DNA from: an uncultured Erysipelotrichaceae bacterium
Lineage (GTDB): Bacteria; Bacillota_I; Bacilli_A; Erysipelotrichales; Erysipelotrichaceae
Direction of reading: 5' to 3'
DNA: 32,000 bases
NCBI GenBank assembly: GCA_942493105.1
Contig: OW818668.1
Coordinates: 990,001 to 1,022,000, forward strand
In this document: positions 15,226 to 24,326 of the stretch, piece after piece
Numbering within the stretch: position 1 is the stretch's first letter
How the letters are laid out: every line of letters begins with the position of its first letter
Program-made: the position numbers and the translations under genes
Notes under the pieces: generated by a model
Seen by the model: the letters and a program-made list of their open reading frames with translations, nothing else
Told to the model about the DNA's origin: nothing
The model's database searches: none

Positions 15226-15681
15226 ATGGACCATACCACATTCATCATGCTTAAGCCAGATGCTTTAGAAGCTCATTTAGAGAATAAGATCTTAGATGTA
15301 TTTAGAGAAAACGGAATCACCATCTTAAGAAAGCAAGCCGTCGTAGTCGATGAGAAACTGATTCTGGCACATTATGCTGAAGTCATCGAACGTTTAAAAG
15401 ATCAAGTTCCTGATTTCCCACAACGCATTCTAAAAGAATTCTGTGATAAAACAGTCAAGATCTATGAAGTTGGCTATCATCATCACGACATTGTTTTAAA
15501 AGTCAGAGCACTGATTGGGGCAACCGATCCAGCAAAAGCAGATCCTCAGTCCATTAGAGGCAAATACGCGACAGATACGATGGAAAAATCAAACGCTGAA
15601 GGCAGGATGCTTAGAAATCTCATTCATGCTTCAGACTCTGATGAAAGCGCAAAGAAAGAATTGGAGCTTTGGTTTAAATAG
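15226..15681 (+). CDS. ndk: Nucleoside diphosphate kinase (divergent)
   Basis: 'TFIMLKPDAL', 'HYAEV', 'GATDPAKADPQSIRGKYA' and 'NLIHASDSDESAKKELELWF' follow NDK motif order, with the catalytic His in N-x-x-H-[GA]-S-D. A GGAGG SD is present. Confidence 0.8.
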   Translation: MDHTTFIMLKPDALEAHLENKILDVFRENGITILRKQAVVVDEKLILAHYAEVIERLKDQVPDFPQRILKEFCDKTVKIYEVGYHHHDIVLKVRALIGATDPAKADPQSIRGKYATDTMEKSNAEGRMLRNLIHASDSDESAKKELELWFK

Positions 15682-15785
15682 TAAATACTTATTAGGCAAA
15701 GTTTGTTTAGAATGATTCAATAAAGCTTTTTAAAAGGACAGTTTTAAATAAGTCTATTAAACTTGAATCGTATAAAGGGGGGACT

Positions 15786-16001
15786 ATGTCTGACGAACTC
15801 TATCAGAAATTAATCAAGATCATCTTTTACTCCGCACTTATTCTTGGGATCCTATGGGTCACAGGTTTAGGACCTTTAGCCGCAAAAGCTGTTGGGGGCA
15901 TCTTAAATTTGATCATGGCCATCGTAGGATTTGCGACATCCATTTGGGGAATCGTCATCATCGTCGCATTGATTCAACGTCACTATTCACGAGACACATA
16001 A
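15786..16001 (+). CDS. Small two-helix membrane protein, unknown function
   Basis: A strong SD AAAGGGGGG is present. The 71-aa product has two hydrophobic helices. Confidence 0.55.
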   Translation: MSDELYQKLIKIIFYSALILGILWVTGLGPLAAKAVGGILNLIMAIVGFATSIWGIVIIVALIQRHYSRDT

Positions 16002-16089
16002 ACTTCATATAAAACACGTTATTTAGTCATTATGAATGGTTATTCATTTGTAAACAAGTAAAGTATTGGTTAACAGAAAGAGGAAACAT

Positions 16090-16491
16090 ATGGAAGATTT
16101 AGGAGAATTGGTTGGTTTAGTGATCATTGGTTTGTTTATCATGGAGGCATTTCGATTCTTTCTTAAATTTGGATTTAGGAAATATGGGGCTTGGATCAAG
16201 AAAAACACCAAGCATCATCCTTTATTACTTAAAATCATGAAATATAATGCGACTTTTCATCCTTGGATCGGTTATTTGATCATCTTTTTGATTTTGGTTC
16301 ATGTGTATATTCAAACAGGATTTGTTTGGTTTAGTTCTACAGGACTTCTGGCCGGTATTTTATTGAGCACTGAAGTTGTGGTGGGTTTTGTAGGTCAATA
16401 TGTGATGAAAAAACCTAGACCGGCTTATTGGACATGGGTTCACCGTTTACTGCCTGTAGCCATCATCGTAGCCATTTTGAATCATATTTAA
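16090..16491 (+). CDS. Four-helix membrane protein with conserved-looking intramembrane His residues, unknown function
   Basis: I prefer the ATG at 16090, after AGAAAGAGGAAA, over the tracked TTG at 16066. There are hydrophobic helices with His in helices 2 and 4, and a terminator immediately downstream. Confidence 0.6.
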   Translation: MEDLGELVGLVIIGLFIMEAFRFFLKFGFRKYGAWIKKNTKHHPLLLKIMKYNATFHPWIGYLIIFLILVHVYIQTGFVWFSSTGLLAGILLSTEVVVGFVGQYVMKKPRPAYWTWVHRLLPVAIIVAILNHI

Positions 16492-16512
16492 ACTCCTGAA
16501 AAGGAGTTTTTT
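16491..16512 (+). terminator. Rho-independent terminator
   Basis: AACTCC (16491-16496) pairs with GGAGTT (16503-16508), followed by a T-run to 16512. Confidence 0.75.
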
Positions 16513-16534
16513 AAAGCTGTGTTTGAGCTGTCTA

Positions 16535-16543
16535 TGATATACT
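16535..16543 (+). promoter_or_regulatory. Extended -10 promoter element TGaTATACT upstream of the cytidylyltransferase gene
   Basis: TG at 16535-16536 is followed, after one nt, by TATACT (16538-16543). The element is bracketed by an imperfect inverted repeat (16517-16529 and 16551-16562). Confidence 0.35.
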
Positions 16544-16616
16544 TAACACAAGCTAAACACGGCTATTCAAAACTTAGATTTTAGTGAAATATGTTTGGTT
16601 AGAAAGCGAGGACCAT

Positions 16617-17258
16617 ATGAACTATTCGGTCATTATTGCAGCAGGTGGATCTGGAACCAGAATGGGTCTACCTTACAATAAGTTGTTTTATCCTTTGAAA
16701 AATGGACGCACGATACTTGAACAATCGATCAAGATTTTTATCCAAGATCAACGCTGTCAACAGATCATCATTGCCACCAATGCGGCTGATTTAAGCCGTA
16801 TGATGAATATGAATACAGGAAGAGTTGTATTGGTCAATGGAGGCCAAACCCGTCAAGAGAGCGTGTATAAAGGCCTTATGGCAGCGAATGAAGATGTTGT
16901 GTTGATTCATGATGGGGCAAGACCTTGGTTAACACAAACATGCTTAGATCGTTTGTTGGAAACGATGGAATCAGAAGATGCAGCAATCTTAGCCCTTAAA
17001 GCCATAGAGACCGTTAAAGTGTGTGCTGACGGTTATGTCACTCAAACCATTCCCAGAGAAAGTGTTATGATGGCACAAACACCACAAGCATTCAAAACAG
17101 AGCTCTTGATCAAAGCTCATCATCTGGCCATTACCGATGCCTATCAAGCAACAGATGATGCCCAATTGATTGAACATTATAGTTTAGCTAAAATTAAAAT
17201 CGTAGAAGGTGAAGTCTCTAATATCAAAATCACCACGATCCATGATATCCCAAAATAA
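16617..17258 (+). CDS. ispD: IspD/TarI-family cytidylyltransferase (2-C-methyl-D-erythritol-4-P or ribitol-5-P cytidylyltransferase)
   Basis: I prefer the ATG at 16617, after GCGAGGA. 'VIIAAGGSGTRMG..PYNKLF', 'GGQTRQESV' and 'VLIHDGARP' are IspD-family motifs. The sequence alone cannot distinguish IspD from TarI. Confidence 0.7.
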   Translation: MNYSVIIAAGGSGTRMGLPYNKLFYPLKNGRTILEQSIKIFIQDQRCQQIIIATNAADLSRMMNMNTGRVVLVNGGQTRQESVYKGLMAANEDVVLIHDGARPWLTQTCLDRLLETMESEDAAILALKAIETVKVCADGYVTQTIPRESVMMAQTPQAFKTELLIKAHHLAITDAYQATDDAQLIEHYSLAKIKIVEGEVSNIKITTIHDIPK

Positions 17259-17285
17259 AAAGAACGACTTGAAGTCGTTCTTTTT
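17257..17285. terminator. Bidirectional terminator between convergent genes
   Basis: AGAACGACT (17261-17269) pairs with AGTCGTTCT (17274-17282). An A-run lies on the left and a T-run on the right. Confidence 0.8.
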
Positions 17286-17286
17286 G

Positions 17287-18531
17287 TTAACCGTAAATTC
17301 GATCTTGTTCCTGACGTAGACGATATATCGTAGTGCTTTTATCTAAAGCAACATCATCTTCAGTCAATAAAGTTCCACTTAAAATGTCACGTTTCGCAAC
17401 ACTGCGATCCGCAATCAATCCAATAGGGATCAATTTTTGTTCACGCACGAGTTTATGATGGACGATCCAGCCTCTGACGCAATATCCACCGATCCCATCA
17501 AGGATCTCACCAGCTTTAATGTCTTTTTTAGCGATACAAACAGTATCTGAAACTTGACCATATAAAGGTGCTATCGCAAATTCATGATTGAAATATACTT
17601 TGGCTATGGTCAAAGGTGTTTCTAAAGAGCCTAAATGGAAAGGACGGTATAAAATCTGCCGATCCCCTTGAGACAGCATCATATAATTGATCTCATGGAC
17701 AACATGAGGGTTATCGCTCTTAACGATCGCAAAGACACCAGGTGCTAATCCATCAACAAATTCAACCACACCATGTTGATCTAAAACCCCGCCTTCAGAC
17801 TTCAATCGTAACTGTTGCAGTGTTTGCGCTAAATCGCCTTTTGTCCCATGCATCCCTGATACATCAGGAACCATGCCTGTCGCATTAGAGAGCAAAGTCA
17901 TTTCAGCCATCGTTTTGGTTCCATCCGCAAACGATGCCAACATATGAGCGGCCATGCCTCTGCGTGTTGCTTCTTCTAAGACAGTATCTGGATTGGCTTG
18001 TAGTCGGATTTTGTTGTTTTTACCTTTACCTGCAACCAGCACTTCAAAACCGATGGCTTTGGCAAACTCAACCAGTTCAAAGGTACATGCTGGCTCATCA
18101 CCATCAGAGCCGGTATAAACTAGCCCAGCTTCTTTAAAACGATGATACATTAAAGTTCCAATCGTAATGTCCATTTCAACATTGACCATGACGATGTGTT
18201 TTTTAGCCGCAAGACATTCTAAACAAATCTGAGCTCCAACATCTGGGATCCCAGTACAATCAATGACGATATCAACATCAGGATGATGTATGACTTCTTT
18301 TAGACTCAAAGACACAAAGACTTCATGATGTTTTAAACCACTGCTCAAATAAGCTTTTTTGGCTTTTTGAGCCGTAAATCCAAACTTTGAACAAATGGCT
18401 CTGACTTCAATGCCTTTGATCAAAGTTAACTGGGAAATCATTCCAAAACCCATTTGACCAGCTCCAATGACCCCAATTTTGATCGCTTTTCCGCTTTGAC
18501 CAAGTGCATGCAATTTCTGATAGATCGACAT
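17287..18531 (-). CDS. NAD(P)-binding oxidoreductase, homoserine-dehydrogenase-like, with C-terminal SAF domain (COG4091-like)
   Basis: The Rossmann motif is 'IKIGVIGAGQMGFGM'. The C-terminal beta-clip-like segment is 'IAKKDIKAGEILDGIGG...VAKRDILSGTLLTEDDV'. A GGAGG SD is present. Confidence 0.65.
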   Translation of the reverse strand: MSIYQKLHALGQSGKAIKIGVIGAGQMGFGMISQLTLIKGIEVRAICSKFGFTAQKAKKAYLSSGLKHHEVFVSLSLKEVIHHPDVDIVIDCTGIPDVGAQICLECLAAKKHIVMVNVEMDITIGTLMYHRFKEAGLVYTGSDGDEPACTFELVEFAKAIGFEVLVAGKGKNNKIRLQANPDTVLEEATRRGMAAHMLASFADGTKTMAEMTLLSNATGMVPDVSGMHGTKGDLAQTLQQLRLKSEGGVLDQHGVVEFVDGLAPGVFAIVKSDNPHVVHEINYMMLSQGDRQILYRPFHLGSLETPLTIAKVYFNHEFAIAPLYGQVSDTVCIAKKDIKAGEILDGIGGYCVRGWIVHHKLVREQKLIPIGLIADRSVAKRDILSGTLLTEDDVALDKSTTIYRLRQEQDRIYG

Positions 18532-18563
18532 AAGGCCTCCTGGCTTTAACTTATAATAAGAAT

Positions 18564-18592
18564 AGTATAAGTGATTTAGTGACTTATTTCAA
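18564..18592 (-). promoter_or_regulatory. Sigma-A-type promoter for the oxidoreductase gene
   Basis: On the minus strand the element reads TTGAAA (18592-18587), N17, TATACT (18569-18564), about 30 nt upstream of the start codon. Confidence 0.5.
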
Positions 18593-18716
18593 ATCAGTTA
18601 AAAATCACAAACAAACCTTTTTTAGTTTACCATTTATGGGCAGATTTAAAAACAGTTTAAGTTAAAAATAATGTATAAAATTAACGAGAAATCTCGTAGG
18701 TAAAAACAGAAAATGT

Positions 18717-18740
18717 AAAAAAAGCACTTTGGTTAAGTGC
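18717..18740 (-). terminator. Rho-independent terminator of the GGDEF/HD-GYP gene
   Basis: The plus strand shows an A-run (18717-23), then GCACTT (18724-29), a TGGTT loop and AAGTGC (18735-40). On the minus strand this is a hairpin followed by T7. Confidence 0.7.
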
Positions 18741-18778
18741 GATAAAAACCTATGTGATCATCGATTTGATGAAAAATA

Positions 18779-21427
18779 TTATGGGATCAGTGAAAAAAGA
18801 TCTTGAGGGATATCTTTATCTTTACTTAGTTTAGGTAATACTCTTTCAATGAAGATATAAACGATTTCAGGATCAAATTGAGCAGAGGCACAACGAATAA
18901 GTTCGCTGACTGCTTCATCTTCTGATCTTATCTGCATATAGTTACTGTCGGTAGTCATCGCATCAAAAGCATCTGCGACCGCAATGATTCTTGATTGTAC
19001 AGGTATGTTTTTACCTTTGAGTTGCTTTGGATAACCATTGCCATCCCAATGTTCATGATGAGATAAGACAAATTCTGCGATTTCTGAGAATTCATTGGCG
19101 GCACTTAAGATTCGGTAACCGACTTCACTATGGCGCTCTATATCACTCAATTCTTCTGTGTTTAAAGGATAGCGTTTATTCAGCACAGTATCCGATATTC
19201 CGATCTTACCTATATCATGCATCAAACCAGTTATACGTATCCTATTGATTTCACTCTTATCAAACTTCATGGCTTTCGCAATCAATGCACTGAGTTCGCT
19301 GACACGCTTTGAATGAAGCATTTCACGAGGACTTCTTTCATACAAAGACTTCATGATGATGTCTATGGTTTTACTCATGATGCTGGAAGAGTCAGCTAAT
19401 TTTTGACGATACATACTGTCTTCAGCCTGTTTAAAGACGTCATCCGTTTTTTGATCTGTGGATGTTTTGATCCCAAATCCTGTTGCCAATGATAAAGTAA
19501 CTTCGCCGATTTTTTGATGAGACAAGGTTCGATTGATTCTTTCGATGATGGTGGTTGCGGTTTGTTCAGATGTCTTAGGCAACAAGATCACAAATTCATC
19601 ACCCCCAATACGGGCGATGATCTCATCTTTACGACAGATTTCTTTTATTGTATTCGCAACGGTCTTAATCAATTCATCACCCATAGCATGCCCAAACGCA
19701 TCATTGATCAGTTTAAGGCCATTGACGTCACCAAGAATGAGTGCTAAAGGATAATTGCGGGTTTGATCCAAACGACGTAATTCTTCTTCATAGAAACGAC
19801 GATTATAAAGACCGGTCAATTGATCATGATAACTAAGATACTGCATCTTTTCTTCAGCGACTTTTCGATCAGTAATGTCTTGACTGACCACTACCACATG
19901 AGGTTCATCAAACGAGGATGGATCCAACAATGACACTGTGATGTGGACCCAAACAATTGATTTATCTTTCCGGATATAGCGTTTTTCAGTACTAAAAGTA
20001 GTGTCTTGTCGATTAATGAGTCGTTGAGTTTGAAGATTGTCGATATTTAAGTCATCGGGATGAGTGATGTCTCTAAAAGACATCTTTAATAACTCTTCTG
20101 AACTGTAACCTACAATATCACAGAATTTCTGATTGACACGAGCATAAGTCCCTGAAAGAGGTCCAATGATAAAGCCGACTGCAGCCTGTTCAAACATGGC
20201 ATTCAGTTGATGGCTCTGTTTTAAAAGTTTGTCTTGTAATTGTATTTCTTGAGTGATGTCTTCGATATATAAGATGATGCCACCAACCTCATTTTCATTT
20301 TGAGTCCATGGTCTGCATTCCCATCGTAAATAGGCTTGAGAGCCATCACTTTGAGTATACAAATCTTTATCGTTGCGTATGATTTGACCATTAAGAGCCT
20401 TTTGATGAGTTTGCTTATAATAGTCTTTGATGTTTGGGAAAAGCTCATAGTGAGATGCCCCAATGACCTTTTGATCTTTGATTTTAAATAAATCAAGGTA
20501 ACTTTGACTGACATAGATATAACGCATATCTAAATCAAAAATCGCAATGGCACTACGATCATTCTCGATGACGGTACGCATCAATTCATGAGAATGCCTT
20601 AAGTCGGCTTCAGTTTGGCGACGATGAGTTACATCTTGTTGAGTCCCAAAATGCCCTGTGATCCGACCTTCTTCATCATAAAGACAGATATAGTCTCCTT
20701 CTATTTGAATCTTTGATCCATCTGCTTTTATTTCTTGAGTATCGATATGAACAGTACCTTGATCAAACAGTTGTCTCCATGCCGCTTTTCCCTGAGCGAT
20801 ATCATGCTTAAACATCTCACGAGGGGTTAATATCCGATGTTCATCATAAGTAAGCCCATATTGATCCAAATAGGCTTTATTGGCTTTGGTTACAAACTGA
20901 TTATCGAAGACAAAATCCAAGACCGCGTCTTTATCCACAGATTCATTCCAAACAACAGGTTCTTTCAGCATCATAAAGAAAGATCCGCTTAAAGACTGTT
21001 TAAAAAAGAGTTCTAATAAGCGCTCTGAATTCTTCAAATCTAAACTCTGTTGAACTGAGGAAGTAATATTACGTGCAGAAGCAATGAATCCAAACATTTT
21101 ACCTTGTTCATCAAGGATCGGAGTCATCGTTCTTTCTAGATAGATGTTTGATAAATCTGAATCATTGTATTGTTTGATGAGGGTAAAGGTTTCGCCTTTT
21201 AAAACCCGATCAAATTCATGCTTAACCAAAACTCGATCTTGTTCAATACTGATCGCATCCAAAAAACTCATACCAATTTCGATATCAGTTCCCCAAATTT
21301 GTTTCATGGATTCTTTATGTTTTTGATTGAACGCAATATATCGATATTGTGTATCACAAATATACACATAAAGATCAGGTGTATTGTTTAGAAGTGCAGT
21401 AAATAATGATTTAAGCGGTTCAGACAT
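18779..21427 (-). CDS. Multi-PAS sensor protein with GGDEF diguanylate cyclase and HD-GYP phosphodiesterase domains
   Basis: The 882-aa protein has about four PAS-like modules in the first 525 aa or so. 'RIGGDEF' is encoded at 19592-19606, 'HDIGK' at 19205-19219 and 'HHEHWDGNGYP' at 19028-19060. Confidence 0.85.
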   Translation of the reverse strand: MSEPLKSLFTALLNNTPDLYVYICDTQYRYIAFNQKHKESMKQIWGTDIEIGMSFLDAISIEQDRVLVKHEFDRVLKGETFTLIKQYNDSDLSNIYLERTMTPILDEQGKMFGFIASARNITSSVQQSLDLKNSERLLELFFKQSLSGSFFMMLKEPVVWNESVDKDAVLDFVFDNQFVTKANKAYLDQYGLTYDEHRILTPREMFKHDIAQGKAAWRQLFDQGTVHIDTQEIKADGSKIQIEGDYICLYDEEGRITGHFGTQQDVTHRRQTEADLRHSHELMRTVIENDRSAIAIFDLDMRYIYVSQSYLDLFKIKDQKVIGASHYELFPNIKDYYKQTHQKALNGQIIRNDKDLYTQSDGSQAYLRWECRPWTQNENEVGGIILYIEDITQEIQLQDKLLKQSHQLNAMFEQAAVGFIIGPLSGTYARVNQKFCDIVGYSSEELLKMSFRDITHPDDLNIDNLQTQRLINRQDTTFSTEKRYIRKDKSIVWVHITVSLLDPSSFDEPHVVVVSQDITDRKVAEEKMQYLSYHDQLTGLYNRRFYEEELRRLDQTRNYPLALILGDVNGLKLINDAFGHAMGDELIKTVANTIKEICRKDEIIARIGGDEFVILLPKTSEQTATTIIERINRTLSHQKIGEVTLSLATGFGIKTSTDQKTDDVFKQAEDSMYRQKLADSSSIMSKTIDIIMKSLYERSPREMLHSKRVSELSALIAKAMKFDKSEINRIRITGLMHDIGKIGISDTVLNKRYPLNTEELSDIERHSEVGYRILSAANEFSEIAEFVLSHHEHWDGNGYPKQLKGKNIPVQSRIIAVADAFDAMTTDSNYMQIRSEDEAVSELIRCASAQFDPEIVYIFIERVLPKLSKDKDIPQDLFSLIP

Positions 21428-21517
21428 ACGCCCTCATTTTTGAAAACCTTAGTAAGTTCATTATCAACTCTTTATAGACTGAATTCAACTCTAAACCTAT
21501 AAAAAGCAAGTATTTAT

Positions 21518-21541
21518 AAAAAAACCCAAAGAATTGGGTTT
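21518..21541 (-). terminator. Rho-independent terminator of the alcohol dehydrogenase gene
   Basis: AAACCCA (21522-28) pairs with TGGGTTT (21535-41). An A-run on the plus strand gives a T-run after the hairpin on the minus strand. Confidence 0.7.
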
Positions 21542-21553
21542 AATAGTAATATT

Positions 21554-22714
21554 TTATGCGCAAGCTTTTAGAATTGCTAATACATCGCTGACTTTTAATG
21601 GGACGACTGCTTCATCGAGTTTTCCCAGTTCTACAGCTCTTTGAGCCATGATTTCAAACTTTGATGCATCGATTCCTACTTCATGCAAAGACATCGGGAT
21701 CCCCAATGATTTAAAGAAGTGTTCTGTGGCGTTTATCCCATCGTGGGCTAATTTAAAGGGATCTACGGAATTCGGTAAATGCCAGACATTGATCGCATAT
21801 TCTGTAAACTTCGCAACGGTTTGATCATTTAAAATATGACGCATCCAAGCTGGAGTCAATATTGCCAAACCGATGCCGTGGGTCAAATCATAATAAGCAC
21901 TCAGTTCATGCTCAATGGGATGAACAGACCAAGATCCACCTTTACCACTGCCAGTCAATCCATTTAGAGCCAACGAACTTGCCCAAGCCAGATTGGCTCG
22001 TGCAGAGTAATCGTCAGGTGTCTTATAAGCAATCGGCGCATATTTTATGACTGTCTGTAAAATGCCTTCTGCGATGCGATCTTGAACATAGGCATCTGGC
22101 GTTTTCTTAAAGTAGTTTTCTAAAATGTGCGAGAAGATGTCTGCTGATCCTGCAGCGGTTTGTTTTTGAGGCAAAGTGTATAGATAAGTAGGGTCAACAA
22201 TAGAGGTCTTAGGCATCGTTGGCCAATTGCCTGTGCCTTTTTTCATTTGATTCTCGGTATTGGTGATGACTGCGCCTTTGTTCATTTCTGAGCCTGTCCC
22301 AGCCATTGTTAAAACAGTTACCAAAGGCAATGCTTGGGTGATCTTCGTTGAATCTAAGACCAGATCCCATGCTTTTCCTGGGTAATAGGCCGCAGCGGCA
22401 ACGACTTTACTGCAATCGATGACAGAACCACCGCCTACAGCCAAGATCACATCGATATGATGGTCTCTGCACAACTGGGCTCCGCGCTCTACTGAACTTA
22501 AATGCGGATTAGGTTCAATATCTGAAAAATCGATGACGTTGAACTGCTTAAGTAAAGTTTTGACTTCATCATAGATCCCAAAAGTTTTGATGCTTCCTGA
22601 TCCATAAGCCAATAATACGTTTTTTCCGTAGCGAGATAATACGTCTGGTAGTTGATTGATTTGGCCTTTACCAAATAAGATTTCTGTGCTTGCATGAAAT
22701 TTAAAGTTATCCAT
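21554..22714 (-). CDS. Iron-containing (group III) alcohol dehydrogenase, butanol dehydrogenase/YqhD-like
   Basis: I prefer the ATG at 22714, after AAAGGAGAAAAC; the tracked 28-codon extension lacks an SD. Supporting motifs are 'LLAYGSGSIK', 'AVGGGSVIDCSK' and 'HPIEHELS..YDLTHGIGLA'. Confidence 0.85.
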   Translation of the reverse strand: MDNFKFHASTEILFGKGQINQLPDVLSRYGKNVLLAYGSGSIKTFGIYDEVKTLLKQFNVIDFSDIEPNPHLSSVERGAQLCRDHHIDVILAVGGGSVIDCSKVVAAAAYYPGKAWDLVLDSTKITQALPLVTVLTMAGTGSEMNKGAVITNTENQMKKGTGNWPTMPKTSIVDPTYLYTLPQKQTAAGSADIFSHILENYFKKTPDAYVQDRIAEGILQTVIKYAPIAYKTPDDYSARANLAWASSLALNGLTGSGKGGSWSVHPIEHELSAYYDLTHGIGLAILTPAWMRHILNDQTVAKFTEYAINVWHLPNSVDPFKLAHDGINATEHFFKSLGIPMSLHEVGIDASKFEIMAQRAVELGKLDEAVVPLKVSDVLAILKACA

Positions 22715-22832
22715 GTTTTCTCCTTTGAGTGATAGATATAGTTTAAACAATCTGATTGGATAATGGTAGGATATTGAGCGAACTTCAGTAAAGTTCATCG
22801 GATGTTCATAAATGTGAAGGCTGTCTTAAATG

Positions 22833-22850
22833 AAAATCCCTTTCGGGATT
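22833..22850 (-). terminator. Weak terminator-like hairpin overlapping the stop of the SGNH hydrolase gene
   Basis: AATCCC (22835-40) pairs with GGGATT (22845-50) across a TTTC loop. The minus-strand 3' context is TTTTCATTT. Confidence 0.4.
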
Positions 22851-23452
22851 CATGTAAGTGATGTCAAAATATCAATCAAAGATGAGGCAATCAATTGATG
22901 ACCCAGATCACTAGGATGTACACCATCAGGCAAGAGTTCTTCTGGTTTATGTTTTCTGGAAGCTTGATCAAAGATCTCTTGTAGCGGAATAAAGGCATCG
23001 GCTTGAACCAAGGCAATCGATCTAAAGATCTTGCGTAAACGCTCTAAAGGTTCAATCCAATCTGATGTAACGACCCCAACTTCAAGTAAGAAGGGCTCCA
23101 TCATGATCAATTTCAAATTCGGGTTTTGTGCTTTTGCTTGATCAATGATCAACGTTAGATCTTGTTCATATTGTGCATCAGTATAAGGTTTATCATAGGA
23201 AAGATAATGCCAGACTTCATTGACTCCAATCAAAATACATAAGATATCTGGATGAAGGGCCAAGGTATCTTCAACCCACCGATTCTTAAGATCGATAACA
23301 CGATTTCCGCTGATGCCCTTATTGATTACAGATAAATTTGAAAAAGCATCTGCTACTTTGGATACATAACCATTGCCTAAAGGTGCAAACAGATTGCGAT
23401 TGCAATCTGTGATGCTGTCACCTTGAAATAGTAGGACTGTCTTCTTTTCCAT
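22850..23452 (-). CDS. SGNH/GDSL-family hydrolase (esterase/acylhydrolase)
   Basis: Block I is 'LLFQGDSITD', followed by 'GISGN' and the C-terminal 'DGVHPS'. Length is 200 aa. Confidence 0.8.
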   Translation of the reverse strand: MEKKTVLLFQGDSITDCNRNLFAPLGNGYVSKVADAFSNLSVINKGISGNRVIDLKNRWVEDTLALHPDILCILIGVNEVWHYLSYDKPYTDAQYEQDLTLIIDQAKAQNPNLKLIMMEPFLLEVGVVTSDWIEPLERLRKIFRSIALVQADAFIPLQEIFDQASRKHKPEELLPDGVHPSDLGHQLIASSLIDILTSLT

Positions 23453-23454
23453 GT

Positions 23455-24270
23455 TTATTTTTCTAAAACCAACTCGTTTAGGATCTTCATGGTTTGCTCA
23501 TCAATGATAAAATCGACATCTGCATTTTCAATCATGCGTTGTTCATGCGTTGTTTTTGGTAAAGGTACGGTACCTTTTTGTACACAATAACGAATGGCTA
23601 AACGGGCAACACTGACATTCAAGTCTTTAGCGATTTGCTGTAGTTTTTCGTTTTTAAATAGACGACCTGTTGCTAAAGGCGAGTAAGCTTCGATAAGGAT
23701 CTGTAAAGGTTCGCAATAAGCCACGGTTTCCTTTTGTGTATGACCAATCCAATAGGAGATCTGATTGACATGAGGGACTACTTCACAGTTGTCCAGTAAA
23801 GCTTGAATGTCTTTAGGAGAGAAATTTGAGACTCCAATTGAGCGAATCTTGCTTTCGCGATAAAGTTTTTCAAAGGCCTTCCAAGAAGCAATGTTGCCTG
23901 GTGTACAGTCTTTACCCATTTCATTCCAAGGCCATGGGGCATGAATCAAATAGAGATCCAAATAATCAACGCCTAGTTTAGTAATGGTCTTATCAAATTC
24001 AACCAATGCCTCATCATAACCTTTGATCTGGGCTTTTAGTTTACTGGTAATGAAGATTTCAGATCTAGGAATACCAGAATCTTTAATGGCTTTCCCAACA
24101 GCTTCTTCATTTCCATAAGCAGCAGCCGTATCAATGTGTCGATAACCATTCTTAAGTGCTAAAGTAACAGCTTCATAGGCTTCTTCATTGGGGATCTGCC
24201 AAGTTCCAAAACCAAGGGTTGGGATTTTGACTCCGTTGGAAAGTGTCTTTACGTCGTTTAATGTTTTCAT
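23455..24270 (-). CDS. Aldo/keto reductase (2,5-diketo-D-gluconate reductase-like)
   Basis: 'LGFGTWQ', 'GYRHIDTAAAYGNE', 'IFITSKL' and 'YLDLYLIHAP' are AKR catalytic-tetrad context motifs. Length is 271 aa. Confidence 0.85.
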   Translation of the reverse strand: MKTLNDVKTLSNGVKIPTLGFGTWQIPNEEAYEAVTLALKNGYRHIDTAAAYGNEEAVGKAIKDSGIPRSEIFITSKLKAQIKGYDEALVEFDKTITKLGVDYLDLYLIHAPWPWNEMGKDCTPGNIASWKAFEKLYRESKIRSIGVSNFSPKDIQALLDNCEVVPHVNQISYWIGHTQKETVAYCEPLQILIEAYSPLATGRLFKNEKLQQIAKDLNVSVARLAIRYCVQKGTVPLPKTTHEQRMIENADVDFIIDEQTMKILNELVLEK

Positions 24271-24326
24271 GTGTTTTCCTCTTTCTTTAGGTTAAGCCTA
24301 AGTGATCTTAAAACAAAGCAATATGA

